64,000 nucleotides of DNA from Chloroflexota bacterium (GCA_036164085.1 JAYZJV010000056.1:737-64736), one strand, 5' to 3'. Shown: positions 39,630 through 50,620, counted from the first letter of the stretch. Made by a program: numbers and translations. The notes: generated by a model from the letters alone, not told the origin.

Positions 39630-40394
39630 ATGCTTAATAATTTGTTTACCAAACTTATTTCGGGACATCTGATAATTTTATCCTTATTTATTTTAAATAG
39701 TTGTGGGGATGAAGAGGTGAAAATTATTATGGTAGCGGCTTCATTAAACGAAGTAATAGATCAAGAATATATGATTTCAAAAGAAAAAGGTGATTTCTTT
39801 ATAAATTACGGTGGATCACTAAGTTTGGCTCGTAGAGTAGAAAATAATCAAAAAAAAATTGGCGCAGTGATTTTTGCATCTAACTCTTCCATTGAAATAC
39901 TAACCAATAAACAAATTATAAATGAGGCTACTATAAAGTTACTAGCTAAAAATTCTTTAGTATTAGCTACACAAAAAAATACTATAAGCTACGAAGATTT
40001 TTTAGAAACAATTTTGACAAATAATAAACAAAAAATAGTTATTGCAGATCAAAATATTGCTCCGGCTGGAAAATACTCTCAACAAGTTTTAGATCAACTC
40101 TTTTCGGAAGAAATACAGAAAAAGAAGGTTGTTTCTTCTGGTGATATATCTTATGTTTCTAATCTTTTAATATCTAACGAAAATTATTACGGTATTATTT
40201 ACAAAACTGAAGCTATAAAAAACGATTTAAATGTTTTATATGAGTTTCCAACTACTCTTCATGATGACATAGAATACAAATTAGGAATTTTAAATAATAA
40301 TAATAATCTATCAATAAACAATTTTATTGATAAACTAACTTCAGATAGAGTATTAAATAGATTGTCTGAACTGGGATTTAAGATAGAAAAATGA
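39630..40394 (+). CDS. modA: Molybdate (or related oxyanion) ABC transporter substrate-binding lipoprotein
   Basis: Lipobox LFILNSC and ModA-like size. Followed by overlapping permease and ATPase genes; the ATPase has a Mop/TOBE-like tail. Confidence 0.7.
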   Translation: MLNNLFTKLISGHLIILSLFILNSCGDEEVKIIMVAASLNEVIDQEYMISKEKGDFFINYGGSLSLARRVENNQKKIGAVIFASNSSIEILTNKQIINEATIKLLAKNSLVLATQKNTISYEDFLETILTNNKQKIVIADQNIAPAGKYSQQVLDQLFSEEIQKKKVVSSGDISYVSNLLISNENYYGIIYKTEAIKNDLNVLYEFPTTLHDDIEYKLGILNNNNNLSINNFIDKLTSDRVLNRLSELGFKIEK

Positions 40395-41014
40395 ATTATT
40401 TCGAAGTAATTTTTACTACATTGAAAATTTCTATAACAGGAACATTCATTTGTTTTTTTACCTCTTTAATAATTATTCTATTTGTTAGTAAATTTAAAAG
40501 ATCAGCAGTTTTTTTTGACTTTATTACCACTCTCCCTCTTGCACTTCCACCAGTAATTTCTGGATATCTTATTGTTTTTATATCCAATGGAACCCTATCA
40601 TTCGAATGGTTAGGAGGAAGTATTGCTTGTGCAGTCATATCCTTACCATTAGTCTACAAAATGATTTCAGTAACAATAAGTAGTATAGATAATAAAATGA
40701 TACATACTTCTAGAATTCTTGGAGCGGATAAAAAAAACACATTTGTTTTTGTTGTTTTCCCTATGATTAGAACAGGAATTTTTTCTGCTATTTTTTTAGG
40801 ATTTATGAGATCAATTAGTGAGTTTGGAGCCACTATGGTTGTTGCAGGAAATATATCAGGAAAAACTCAAACTTTGTCAACTGCAATTTATACTTCAATT
40901 CAAACGGGGAGCAAAACTTCAATTTTTATATTATCAATAATTTCATTACTGATAGCAGCAATTACTATATTTATATTTAATTATATTAATAAAGAAAGAG
41001 GTTTTGGTTTATGA
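40391..41014 (+). CDS. modB: Molybdate ABC transporter permease
   Basis: 207 aa, 5 TMS, EAA-type loop (SRILGADKKNTFVFVVFPMIRTG). ATGA overlap with modA. Confidence 0.75.
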   Translation: MNYFEVIFTTLKISITGTFICFFTSLIIILFVSKFKRSAVFFDFITTLPLALPPVISGYLIVFISNGTLSFEWLGGSIACAVISLPLVYKMISVTISSIDNKMIHTSRILGADKKNTFVFVVFPMIRTGIFSAIFLGFMRSISEFGATMVVAGNISGKTQTLSTAIYTSIQTGSKTSIFILSIISLLIAAITIFIFNYINKERGFGL

Positions 41015-41970
41015 GCAATATAAATTTTAACCTTGAATCGGTTGTTGGAGAATTTAAATTAAAAGCACTCTCTAACTTTTCTGATGGAGTTAATTTTATT
41101 TGGGGAAGATCAGGGAACGGTAAAACTACTTTGTTGAATAATTTAGCTGGATTTATAAAACCTATTATTGGAGAAATAAAAATCAATGATAAATTAATTT
41201 TTTCTTCGGATAAAAATATAAATATACCTCCAGAAAACAGAAATATTTCATATGTCCAACAAGAAGAAAAATTATTTCCTAATATGAAAGTAATTGAAAA
41301 TATCGAATTTGGTTATAAATTTTTGAACAACTCTCAAAAAAAAATAAATCCATCTGATTGTTTAAATTTATTAGACATAAAAAATTTGGAAAATTTTTAT
41401 CCAAGTCAACTTTCAGGAGGTCAAAAACAGAAAGTTGCACTGGCTAGGGCATTGGCAAGAAATGGTCAGATTTTAATGTTAGATGAACCTATAAATTCAA
41501 TAGACTTTATATCAAGTAAAAAAATTTTTAGAACAATTGAAGATCTTTCAAAAGACTTAAGCTTGTGTGTACTTTATATCACGCATTCAATTGATGAAAT
41601 ACTTAGAAGTAAGAATGAGATCCTTTTTGTTAATAAAGGCCAAGCTATATCTAAGAAAACTAAAAATAATATTCTTGATTTTTGGGATAATGAAAATTTG
41701 ATCAATTTTATAGATGAAAAAGATTATAATGAAAATTATTTTTCATCTGGGAGCGTTATGATTTCTAAAGAAAAGTTTAATCATCAAGATTTAGGTTTTT
41801 ATTTTTCTGGTGAAGTTACTAATATAGTAAACAGCAAAAATAAGTCATTACTTGAAATAAAATCTGAGAAAGATTATTGGGTTTCGCTTGATAATACAAT
41901 TTTCAATAAATTACAATTAAATAATAAGGATAAAGTTTTTTGTTTTGTTTATAAGAACTTAGTTTTATGA
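41011..41970 (+). CDS. modC: Molybdate ABC transporter ATP-binding protein
   Basis: Walker A GRSGNGKTT, signature LSGGQKQKVALARAL, Walker B LMLDEP. C-terminal ~100-aa extension consistent with a TOBE/Mop domain. Confidence 0.75.
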   Translation: MSNINFNLESVVGEFKLKALSNFSDGVNFIWGRSGNGKTTLLNNLAGFIKPIIGEIKINDKLIFSSDKNINIPPENRNISYVQQEEKLFPNMKVIENIEFGYKFLNNSQKKINPSDCLNLLDIKNLENFYPSQLSGGQKQKVALARALARNGQILMLDEPINSIDFISSKKIFRTIEDLSKDLSLCVLYITHSIDEILRSKNEILFVNKGQAISKKTKNNILDFWDNENLINFIDEKDYNENYFSSGSVMISKEKFNHQDLGFYFSGEVTNIVNSKNKSLLEIKSEKDYWVSLDNTIFNKLQLNNKDKVFCFVYKNLVL

Positions 41971-42791
41971 CTTCATTTAATGAAAACCTAGTTGAATCAA
42001 TATCTAATAAAAAAAGTTTTCTTGTTGTTGGCCTAGATCCAAGTCTTGAAAAAATGCCAATAAAAAACATTTTTGAATTTAACAAAGAAATAATAGATAA
42101 TACTTACGATTTAGTTGTCGGCTATAAACCTCAATTAGCTTATTATGAATCAAATGGATTTTCAGGGCTTGAAGCGTTGTATAAGACTGTTGATTATATT
42201 AAGAACTTACCCGAAAAAAAAATAATAATTGGTGATTGCAAAAGATCAGATATTGATTCTACCTGTGAAGCTTATGCGAAAGCTATGTTTGATTTTTGGG
42301 ATTTTGATGCAATTACAATAGTTCCGTTTTTTGGAACAGATGGAATTTTACCATTCACTAATTATAAAGACAGGGGAATATTTATTGTTTGTAAATCTAG
42401 CAATAAATCTGGAGGAGAAATACAAGATTTTTTCTCAGAGAAAGCAAATATGACTTTATATGAAAACATAGCAAAGATTTCATCTGAATTAAATGAAAAT
42501 GACAATATTTCTCTGGTAATGGGTGCGACTTATCCTAGCGAGCTAAAAATCATCCGTCAGAAAAATCCAAATCTACCCTTTTTAATACCTGGATTAGGGC
42601 ACCAAAAAGGAGATCTATTTGAAATTATAGATAATTCTATAATAAACAATCACCCTAATATATTAATCAACTCTGCTAGAGGAATAATTTATGCTTCGAA
42701 CGACCCAAAAACTTTTGGTATTTCTGCTAGAAAAAAAGTTCTAGAAATTAATAATCAAATAAATGATTTATTTTCATTTAAAAAACCCTAA
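41967..42791 (+). CDS. pyrF: Orotidine 5'-phosphate decarboxylase (long, type-2 form)
   Basis: 274 aa. LVVGLDP, YKPQLAYYE, IGDCKRSDI, INSARG motifs. ATGA overlap with modC. Confidence 0.88.
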   Translation: MTSFNENLVESISNKKSFLVVGLDPSLEKMPIKNIFEFNKEIIDNTYDLVVGYKPQLAYYESNGFSGLEALYKTVDYIKNLPEKKIIIGDCKRSDIDSTCEAYAKAMFDFWDFDAITIVPFFGTDGILPFTNYKDRGIFIVCKSSNKSGGEIQDFFSEKANMTLYENIAKISSELNENDNISLVMGATYPSELKIIRQKNPNLPFLIPGLGHQKGDLFEIIDNSIINNHPNILINSARGIIYASNDPKTFGISARKKVLEINNQINDLFSFKKP

Positions 42792-42831
42792 TTTTTATTG
42801 ACCAAAAGTCAAAAATAAATATTCTATAATT

Positions 42832-43371
42832 ATGGACGAAATGATTGTAGATAGCCTGAAGATTAACACTATGGGGCAAAGAGTAATAATCCTAAAACAA
42901 AAAAAAGGATCATTGCTTCTTGCTATCTGGATTGCTGCTCCAGAAGCAGATGCAATAGCAATAAGAATGCAAAAAGTCGATGCTCCAAGACCGCTTACGC
43001 ATGATCTTTTTTGTAATGCAATTAATAAACTTGGTGGGCAAATAAATTCAATAATAATTGATAATTTAGAAACCGGCACTTTTTTCGCTAAAATCATCAT
43101 TTCTATAAATGGTAAAGATATAGAACTAGACTCCCGCCCTTCAGATGCTATGGTTATTGCATTAAAACTTGGCATACCAATTATGTGTGTAAGTAAAGTT
43201 CTTGAAAAAGCAGGATTCAGAAAATCAAAATTAGATATTGAACAGACACATCAAGAAAATGATGATATTACTCAAGAGAATGATACATATAGTCCAATGG
43301 GTGAAAAAGAAAGAAAAAGCTTATCTGTTTTTGAATCATTTATAGATAGTTTGGACATAGATGAGCAATAA
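42832..43371 (+). CDS. Bifunctional nuclease (BFN/DUF151) family protein
   Basis: RVIILKQKKGSLLLAIWIAAPEADAIA...RPLTHDL...SRPSDAMVIAL is typical of the DUF151 domain. Acidic C-terminal tail. Confidence 0.8.
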   Translation: MDEMIVDSLKINTMGQRVIILKQKKGSLLLAIWIAAPEADAIAIRMQKVDAPRPLTHDLFCNAINKLGGQINSIIIDNLETGTFFAKIIISINGKDIELDSRPSDAMVIALKLGIPIMCVSKVLEKAGFRKSKLDIEQTHQENDDITQENDTYSPMGEKERKSLSVFESFIDSLDIDEQ

Positions 43372-43597
43372 TAAATCTAAGGAAGAAAGCTCAAAAAATA
43401 ACATAATCTCTTCCTTTTACCTGGCTGCCAAATATATTGGTTTGGGATGGATTATGGTAACTCCAATTGTAATATTTACTTTTGGAGGATATTTTTTAGA
43501 TAATCGGTTAAATCTTGGCTATTTTATGACCTTAATGGGTTTGATGATTGGACTTTTTGTCGGTATCATTTGTACGGTTAGAATTTTAAAAAGCTAA
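43361..43597 (+). CDS. atpZ: AtpZ/AtpI-type small membrane protein of the ATP synthase operon
   Basis: 78 aa, two TMS, motif FGGYFLDNRL...LMGLMIGLFVG. Overlaps the BFN gene by 11 nt. Confidence 0.7.
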   Translation: MSNNKSKEESSKNNIISSFYLAAKYIGLGWIMVTPIVIFTFGGYFLDNRLNLGYFMTLMGLMIGLFVGIICTVRILKS

Positions 43598-43619
43598 AAT
43601 CAAGGAAAAAATACTTTAG

Positions 43620-44864
43620 ATGTTTTTTAAACCAAAAATAATTTTGATTCTTTCAGCTGTTTTGTCTGTTTTTGTTATATCAATATTAGGCGGAGCTTTA
43701 GGTGACAGCTTTGGTTTTGGCTTTCTAGGTGGTCCTATGCCATTTATTTCTATAGCTGCAGAAACAGTATTTCATTTTTCATCACCTTTTTCGTATGACT
43801 TGAAAAATTCTACGATAATGCTTTGGATTGCAATGATTGTAATAATCATTTTATCTTGGCTTGCTACTAGAAACATGAAAGATATTCCTACGGGGATACA
43901 AAATTTATTCGAGCTTATTTTTCAATTTTGGATAGATACTGCTGATGAAGCTGGGGGGAAATCAGCTAGAAGATTTCTTCCAGTGGTGATAACTATTTTT
44001 CTTGGAGTTTTGATTTTCAATTGGTTGGGGATACTTCCTGGAGTGGGTTCAATTGGGAAAGTGGAAACTGTTGAAGAATGGGTACACCATCATTCTCACT
44101 CAGGTCATTGTGCAGATGATTATAAGTCAGATCATACAATGGCGGAACTATGTGTTCTAGAAGAAGAATACAATCATGGGTTCGTTGTTTTTGATACTTC
44201 TGGATCATTTAATTTAATGCCACTCGGAAGAGGTGAAACAACAAGAGCTCCTTTAAATGCAATTGGGGGTTATGTACCTGAAGATATAACTAAAATAAAG
44301 AAAAAAATCAAAAGCGGAACTGCACCTGAAAACATTGATGAATTTGTTCAAATTCAAAAAAATATACATAATGGGAAGGTTGTAAATTTATATACTAAGG
44401 AGTCGGATGGCTCAATTAGCCCTCAATCTTATTTAGGAAAAAATACAGGAGAGCTAATCCCTTTTTTCAGAGGGGCTTCTACCGATGTTAATACTACTCT
44501 AGCTATAGCTATTTTTTCTATGATAGCTATTCAATTCTGGGGTTTTTCATCTCTTGGCTTTAAAGGTTATGGTGGGAAATTTATCAATTTTTCACATGGT
44601 CCTATTAATGCCTTTGTAGGGATACTTGAATTATTTGGTGAATTTGCTAAAACTATTAGTTTTACATTTAGGCTTTTTGGAAACATGTTTGCTGGTGAAA
44701 TAGTGTTGATATCTATGGGATTTTTATTACCATTAATAGGCATGATGCCTTTTATGGGATTAGAAATCTTTGTAGGTATGATTCAAGCCTTGATTTTTTC
44801 AATGTTGACTTTGGTTTTTGGTGTAATGGCAGTAACATCTCATTCAGAACATGAGGACCATTAG
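43620..44864 (+). CDS. atpB: F-type ATP synthase subunit a, with a large loop insertion
   Basis: Essential Arg context FRLFGNMFAGE and TDVNTTLA loop motif. 414 aa against the usual ~230-290. The extra segment covers residues ~145-280. Confidence 0.9.
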   Translation: MFFKPKIILILSAVLSVFVISILGGALGDSFGFGFLGGPMPFISIAAETVFHFSSPFSYDLKNSTIMLWIAMIVIIILSWLATRNMKDIPTGIQNLFELIFQFWIDTADEAGGKSARRFLPVVITIFLGVLIFNWLGILPGVGSIGKVETVEEWVHHHSHSGHCADDYKSDHTMAELCVLEEEYNHGFVVFDTSGSFNLMPLGRGETTRAPLNAIGGYVPEDITKIKKKIKSGTAPENIDEFVQIQKNIHNGKVVNLYTKESDGSISPQSYLGKNTGELIPFFRGASTDVNTTLAIAIFSMIAIQFWGFSSLGFKGYGGKFINFSHGPINAFVGILELFGEFAKTISFTFRLFGNMFAGEIVLISMGFLLPLIGMMPFMGLEIFVGMIQALIFSMLTLVFGVMAVTSHSEHEDH

Positions 44865-44909
44865 GAGCAAATTAAATAATAAAAATAAAATTAGTGAAGG
44901 GAGAAACAA

Positions 44910-45137
44910 ATGGCAAGTGAATGGCAACCAATAGGAGCCGCATTATCGATGGGGCTAGGAGCTGTTGGATCAGGACTAGGAATTGGAATGTTAGCTAATG
45001 GAGCTCTACAATCTTTAGGCAGAAATCCTGAAGCAAGAGGACCGATTCAGCAAAGTATGATTTTAGCTATTGCATTTACAGAAGCGATTGCTATTTATGC
45101 TTTAGTTGTAGCCATACTGATATTGTTCGTTTTATAA
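44910..45137 (+). CDS. atpE: F-type ATP synthase subunit c
   Basis: 75 aa hairpin with loop GRNPEA and carboxylate in AFTEAIAIY. Confidence 0.93.
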   Translation: MASEWQPIGAALSMGLGAVGSGLGIGMLANGALQSLGRNPEARGPIQQSMILAIAFTEAIAIYALVVAILILFVL

Positions 45138-45139
45138 AA

Positions 45140-45168
45140 TTTTCAGCTGAGTATACCTCAGCTGAAAA
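45140..45168 (+). promoter_or_regulatory. 12-bp stem-loop between atpE and atpF (intra-operon mRNA element)
   Basis: TTTTCAGCTGAG-tatac-CTCAGCTGAAAA. No downstream T-tract. The atpF RBS (taggag) follows. Confidence 0.55.
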
Positions 45169-45183
45169 AATAGGAGATTAGAT

Positions 45184-45675
45184 ATGGAAGCATTAGGTAT
45201 AAATTTATCAGTACTTATTACTCAGTTAATAAGTTTTATAGCTTTATTTTTAATACTTAGAAAACTTTTGTTTGGGCCTATTAGCTCAATGCTTCAAAGT
45301 AGATCTGAGAAAATAAAAGAAAGCTTAGAAGCTGCTGAAAAAATAAAGAACGAAGCAGATGAATCAGCTGAAAAATTAGAAAAAGAAATTAATTCGGCTA
45401 GACAAGAAGGCCAAAAACTTATTCAAGATGCCCGTTTAGCAGCTGAGAATTTTAGACAGCAAGAAATCGATAAAGCTGAACAAGAATCTCAGGAAATTAT
45501 TACAAAAGCAAACAAAGCTATTGAAAAAGAAAGAGATTTAGCAATTCAAAGTGTTAGAAAAGAATTTTCTTCTCTGGTTATTTCTGCAGCGACAAAGGTT
45601 GTTGATAAATCTATTGATGAAAAAGATCATAAGGATTTAATTGATAAAACACTTAAAGAAGAAATTAACAAGTAA
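45184..45675 (+). CDS. atpF: F-type ATP synthase subunit b
   Basis: 163 aa with an N-terminal TM helix, then a long charged coiled coil. Confidence 0.9.
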   Translation: MEALGINLSVLITQLISFIALFLILRKLLFGPISSMLQSRSEKIKESLEAAEKIKNEADESAEKLEKEINSARQEGQKLIQDARLAAENFRQQEIDKAEQESQEIITKANKAIEKERDLAIQSVRKEFSSLVISAATKVVDKSIDEKDHKDLIDKTLKEEINK

Positions 45676-45681
45676 AAAGTC

Positions 45682-46224
45682 ATGGCAAGTTCAGTTATAA
45701 AGAGATACGGAAAAGCAATTTTAGATATTGCAAAAGAAAGAAATAATACAGAAGTTTGGATTGAAAACTTCAATGATTCTAAAGCAATTATTTCTAATGA
45801 AGACTTGTCATCTTTTTTGAGCTCTCCTGAAGTTCCAAATTCTGAAAAATATAAGTCTATAGATACTTTATTCAAAGGTTATGATACCTTTTTTGTAAAT
45901 TTTTTAAAAGTTCTTATAACTAAAGGGCAGATTAATTATTTTAAAGGGATTATGGATGAATTTTTTGATCAAAATCAAATTTCAGAAGGAAAAGTTACTG
46001 CTACAATTACTTCATTTGTGAGTTTGACAAAATCACAAAAAGAAGAGATCACAAAAAAAATATGCGAAGTTTTTCAGGTAGATAATGTAGAGATTTATGA
46101 AAAATTAGATAAATCTATTATGGGAGGATACATCATCAAAGTGGGGGATACGATAATAGATTGCTCCACAAAAAATAAACTAAATGATTTGCAAGATCAT
46201 TTATTAAGATCAAATGCAATATAG
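45682..46224 (+). CDS. atpH: F-type ATP synthase subunit delta (OSCP)
   Basis: 180 aa. Position between atpF and atpA. C-terminal [17 protein letters not shown] motif. Confidence 0.88.
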   Translation: MASSVIKRYGKAILDIAKERNNTEVWIENFNDSKAIISNEDLSSFLSSPEVPNSEKYKSIDTLFKGYDTFFVNFLKVLITKGQINYFKGIMDEFFDQNQISEGKVTATITSFVSLTKSQKEEITKKICEVFQVDNVEIYEKLDKSIMGGYIIKVGDTIIDCSTKNKLNDLQDHLLRSNAI

Positions 46225-46238
46225 TATGGAGAAGAATT

Positions 46239-47750
46239 ATGTCACCAAATAATCAAGATATAGCATCAATAATAAAGAGTCAAATTGAAGAATTTGGCGG
46301 CGATTTCAGCATGGTTGATATAGGTACTGTGGTCGAAGCAGGGGATGGAGTAGTAACTATACATGGCTTATCTAGTGTAAAAGTTAATGAATTATTGCAA
46401 TTTCCTAATGATATTATTGGCTTAGCATTGAACTTGGAAGAAGATACCGTAGGAGCTGTAGTTTTAGGAGATTACCTGTCAATTAAAGAAGGGGATGAAG
46501 TAAGATCTACAGGCAGAATAGTTGAAGTTCCTGTTGGAGAATCTCTTTTAGGAAGAGTAGTTGATCCTTTGGGAAGGCCAGTTGATGGAAGAGGAGATGT
46601 TTCTACATCAGAATCTTTGCCAGTCGAGAAAATTGCTGCAGGTGTTGTAGAAAGGCAATCTGTTGATCAGCCAGTTCAATTTGGGCTGAAAATTGTTGAT
46701 GCAATGGTACCTGTAGGTAGAGGTCAAAGGGAATTAGTTATAGGAGATAGAACCACAGGTAAAACATCATTGTGTATTGATGCTCTAATTAACCAAAAAG
46801 ACTCAGATATTATTGGCATATATGTAGCAATTGGTCAAAAAGCTTCTAAAGTAGCAGCTGTGGTTACTAGGCTTGAAGAACAAGGTGCACTTGATAATAC
46901 GGTTGTAGTGACTGCTAATGCTTCAGACTCAGCTGCCTTGCAATATTTGGCTCCATATGCTGGCGTCACAATGGCAGAATATTTCATGTCTCAAGGGAAA
47001 GATGTTTTGATAGTTTATGATGACTTAAGTAAGCACGCATGGGCTTATAGACAAATGTCTCTTTTGTTGAGAAGGCCTCCAGGGCGAGAAGCTTATCCAG
47101 GAGACGTTTTTTATTTGCATTCTAGATTACTAGAAAGAGCTGTAAGGCTTAACGATGACTATGGAGGAGGATCTATTACAGCGCTTCCAATAATCGAAAC
47201 TCAAGCTGGAGATGTGTCTGGATACATCCCCACGAATGTTATTTCAATAACTGATGGACAATTATATCTAGAACCGGATTTGTTTAACTCTGGAATTAGA
47301 CCTGCGGTTAATGCAGGATTATCTGTTACTAGAGTGGGTTCATCTGCTCAGAGGAAAGCCATGAAAGAAGTTTCTGGGTCCCTTAAAGGTGAGATGGCTC
47401 AGTATGACTCATTAAAGACATTTGCTCAATTTGGAACTGATGATTTGGATGCAATCACAAAACAACAACTTGCTAGGGGGGAGAGATTAACGGAGCTTTT
47501 GAAACAAAATGAAAATGAGCCTCTCTCTTTTGAAAATCAAGTATCAATTTTCTATGCGGCTAACCAAGGGGCATTAGATGATGTTGAAATTGAAAGAATT
47601 GCTGAATTTGAAAAAGGATGGTACGATTTTGTATCAGCTAATATCCCTGATGTAATGAAGGCTATTTCAGATGAAGGTGAATTGTCTGATGATTCAAAAA
47701 AGGGATTAGATGAAGCAATAAAAACGTATAAAGGAACATTTGGGAATTAA
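46239..47750 (+). CDS. atpA: F-type ATP synthase subunit alpha
   Basis: [10 protein letters not shown]-loop. 503 aa, highly conserved throughout. Confidence 0.97.
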   Translation: MSPNNQDIASIIKSQIEEFGGDFSMVDIGTVVEAGDGVVTIHGLSSVKVNELLQFPNDIIGLALNLEEDTVGAVVLGDYLSIKEGDEVRSTGRIVEVPVGESLLGRVVDPLGRPVDGRGDVSTSESLPVEKIAAGVVERQSVDQPVQFGLKIVDAMVPVGRGQRELVIGDRTTGKTSLCIDALINQKDSDIIGIYVAIGQKASKVAAVVTRLEEQGALDNTVVVTANASDSAALQYLAPYAGVTMAEYFMSQGKDVLIVYDDLSKHAWAYRQMSLLLRRPPGREAYPGDVFYLHSRLLERAVRLNDDYGGGSITALPIIETQAGDVSGYIPTNVISITDGQLYLEPDLFNSGIRPAVNAGLSVTRVGSSAQRKAMKEVSGSLKGEMAQYDSLKTFAQFGTDDLDAITKQQLARGERLTELLKQNENEPLSFENQVSIFYAANQGALDDVEIERIAEFEKGWYDFVSANIPDVMKAISDEGELSDDSKKGLDEAIKTYKGTFGN

Positions 47751-47754
47751 TTAG

Positions 47755-48615
47755 ATGCCTAGTACTAAAGAATTACGAGCAAGAATTAAATCAGTGTCAA
47801 ATACTGCTAAAGTCACTGGGGCTATGCAGTTAATAGCTGCTTCAAAAATGAGAAGAGCGCAACAGCAAGTTTTAATGGGTAAAAAATATGCAGAAACGAT
47901 TCAAGGTTTGTTGATTAATCTTTCTTCTTCAGTTGATTTAGAAAAAGTGAATATTCCATTACTTGATAATAGAGAAATAAAAAACAAATTAATGATTCTT
48001 ATTACTCCTGACAGGGGTTTGGCTGGAGCTTTAGTAGGTAATATAAACCGAAAAGCAATTGAAGTAATTCAAGCCTCTTCTGAAAAATACAGCACACTTT
48101 CTGTCGGAAGAAAAGGGTTTAGGTTTTTGAATTCTCGAGAACAAGAAGTCGTTGATCAGATTGAAATTCCTGATAAACCTGAAATATCTGAAACCTTAAG
48201 TATTTCAGATTTTGCAATTGAAGGTTTTTTAGATGGCAAATGGGACCAAGTTGATTTGGTTTATAGTGAATTTATTAATACAACTTCTCAAATTCCTAAA
48301 GTACAAACAATACTTCCTATTTCAAAAAATGAAGGAAATGAAGAAAAAATAAGTGATTATATTTATGAACCTTCTGATTATGAAGTTTTAATTGAATTGA
48401 CTCCAAAATATGTAAGGTCTCAAATATATCAGGCTATTTTAGAAGCTTTTGCGAGTGAACATTCAGCAAGAATGGTTGCAATGCAAAATGCAACAGATAA
48501 TGCCAATGAATTGATTGGTGATTTGACTTTAGATCTAAATAAAGCAAGGCAAGAAACAATAACTGCAGAATTACTTGATTTGATAGGTGGAATATCTGCA
48601 TTAGAAGGAAAATAA
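47755..48615 (+). CDS. atpG: F-type ATP synthase subunit gamma
   Basis: RIKSVSNTAKVTGAMQLIAASKMRRAQ N-terminus and ITAELLDLIGG C-terminus. Confidence 0.95.
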   Translation: MPSTKELRARIKSVSNTAKVTGAMQLIAASKMRRAQQQVLMGKKYAETIQGLLINLSSSVDLEKVNIPLLDNREIKNKLMILITPDRGLAGALVGNINRKAIEVIQASSEKYSTLSVGRKGFRFLNSREQEVVDQIEIPDKPEISETLSISDFAIEGFLDGKWDQVDLVYSEFINTTSQIPKVQTILPISKNEGNEEKISDYIYEPSDYEVLIELTPKYVRSQIYQAILEAFASEHSARMVAMQNATDNANELIGDLTLDLNKARQETITAELLDLIGGISALEGK

Positions 48616-50046
<1,431 letters not shown>

Positions 50047-50047
50047 T

Positions 50048-50311
50048 ATGCCAGATAATATAAACGTAAAGATCGTTTCACCAGGTGGAGAAATTTTTTC
50101 AGGGGATGCTAATAGTGTGTTAGTTCCAGGTTCTTTAGGCCAAATGACTATATTGCCAAAACACGCAGCAATTCTTTCATCACTCTCTAAAGGTACAATT
50201 ACTGTAAATACAACTGATGGAAAAAATACGAATTTCGTAATAGATTCAGGGTTTGTAGAAAATCTAAATAATTCTTTAACGATAATTATAGAGAGTTTAG
50301 AAGAAAATTAA
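50048..50311 (+). CDS. atpC: F-type ATP synthase subunit epsilon, N-terminal beta-sandwich only
   Basis: 87 aa (VKIVSPGGEIFSG...MTILPKHAA). Ends where the C-terminal helical hairpin normally begins. Confidence 0.85.
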   Translation: MPDNINVKIVSPGGEIFSGDANSVLVPGSLGQMTILPKHAAILSSLSKGTITVNTTDGKNTNFVIDSGFVENLNNSLTIIIESLEEN

Positions 50312-50317
50312 ATTTAC

Positions 50318-50473
50318 TTATGCTACTTTAGATTGATACTTTTTTAGTAGTTCAAGAGCCTCTGATTTTGTGATCTCTTTACTGCACTGCAAACAAGACA
50401 AATGATACTTGCCTTCAAAATCTGTATTTATTTCAATATCTCCACCACAAGGGCAACATTTAGAATAAATCAC
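50318..50473 (-). CDS. Small zinc-ribbon protein (51 aa); below the 60-aa ORF-track cutoff
   Basis: GTG start preceded by aaggaa (7-nt spacer). VIYSKCCPCGGDIEINTDFEGKYHLSCLQCSKEITKSEALELLKKYQSKVA with CxC/CxxC pairs. Stop lies 6 nt from the atpC stop. Confidence 0.5.
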   Translation of the reverse strand: MIYSKCCPCGGDIEINTDFEGKYHLSCLQCSKEITKSEALELLKKYQSKVA

Positions 50474-50620
50474 TATAGTGTTCCTTCTTATATTTGTATT
50501 TCCAAGAAACCATATTATACGTTGTTTTTAAATTAATCAAGTAAAAAAAACATAATTCGTTAAAAAATATAGAATCATCCTTTTAGAAATATAAAGTGTA
50601 AGATTTCGTAAGTTAATTAA

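Noticed and set aside
44910-45137. Possible Na+ specificity of the c-ring.
   Set aside because: The ion-binding region reads AFTEAIAIY and helix 1 lacks the Gln. The Q...E-S/T-x-x-x-Y sodium signature is absent, so it is most likely proton-coupled.
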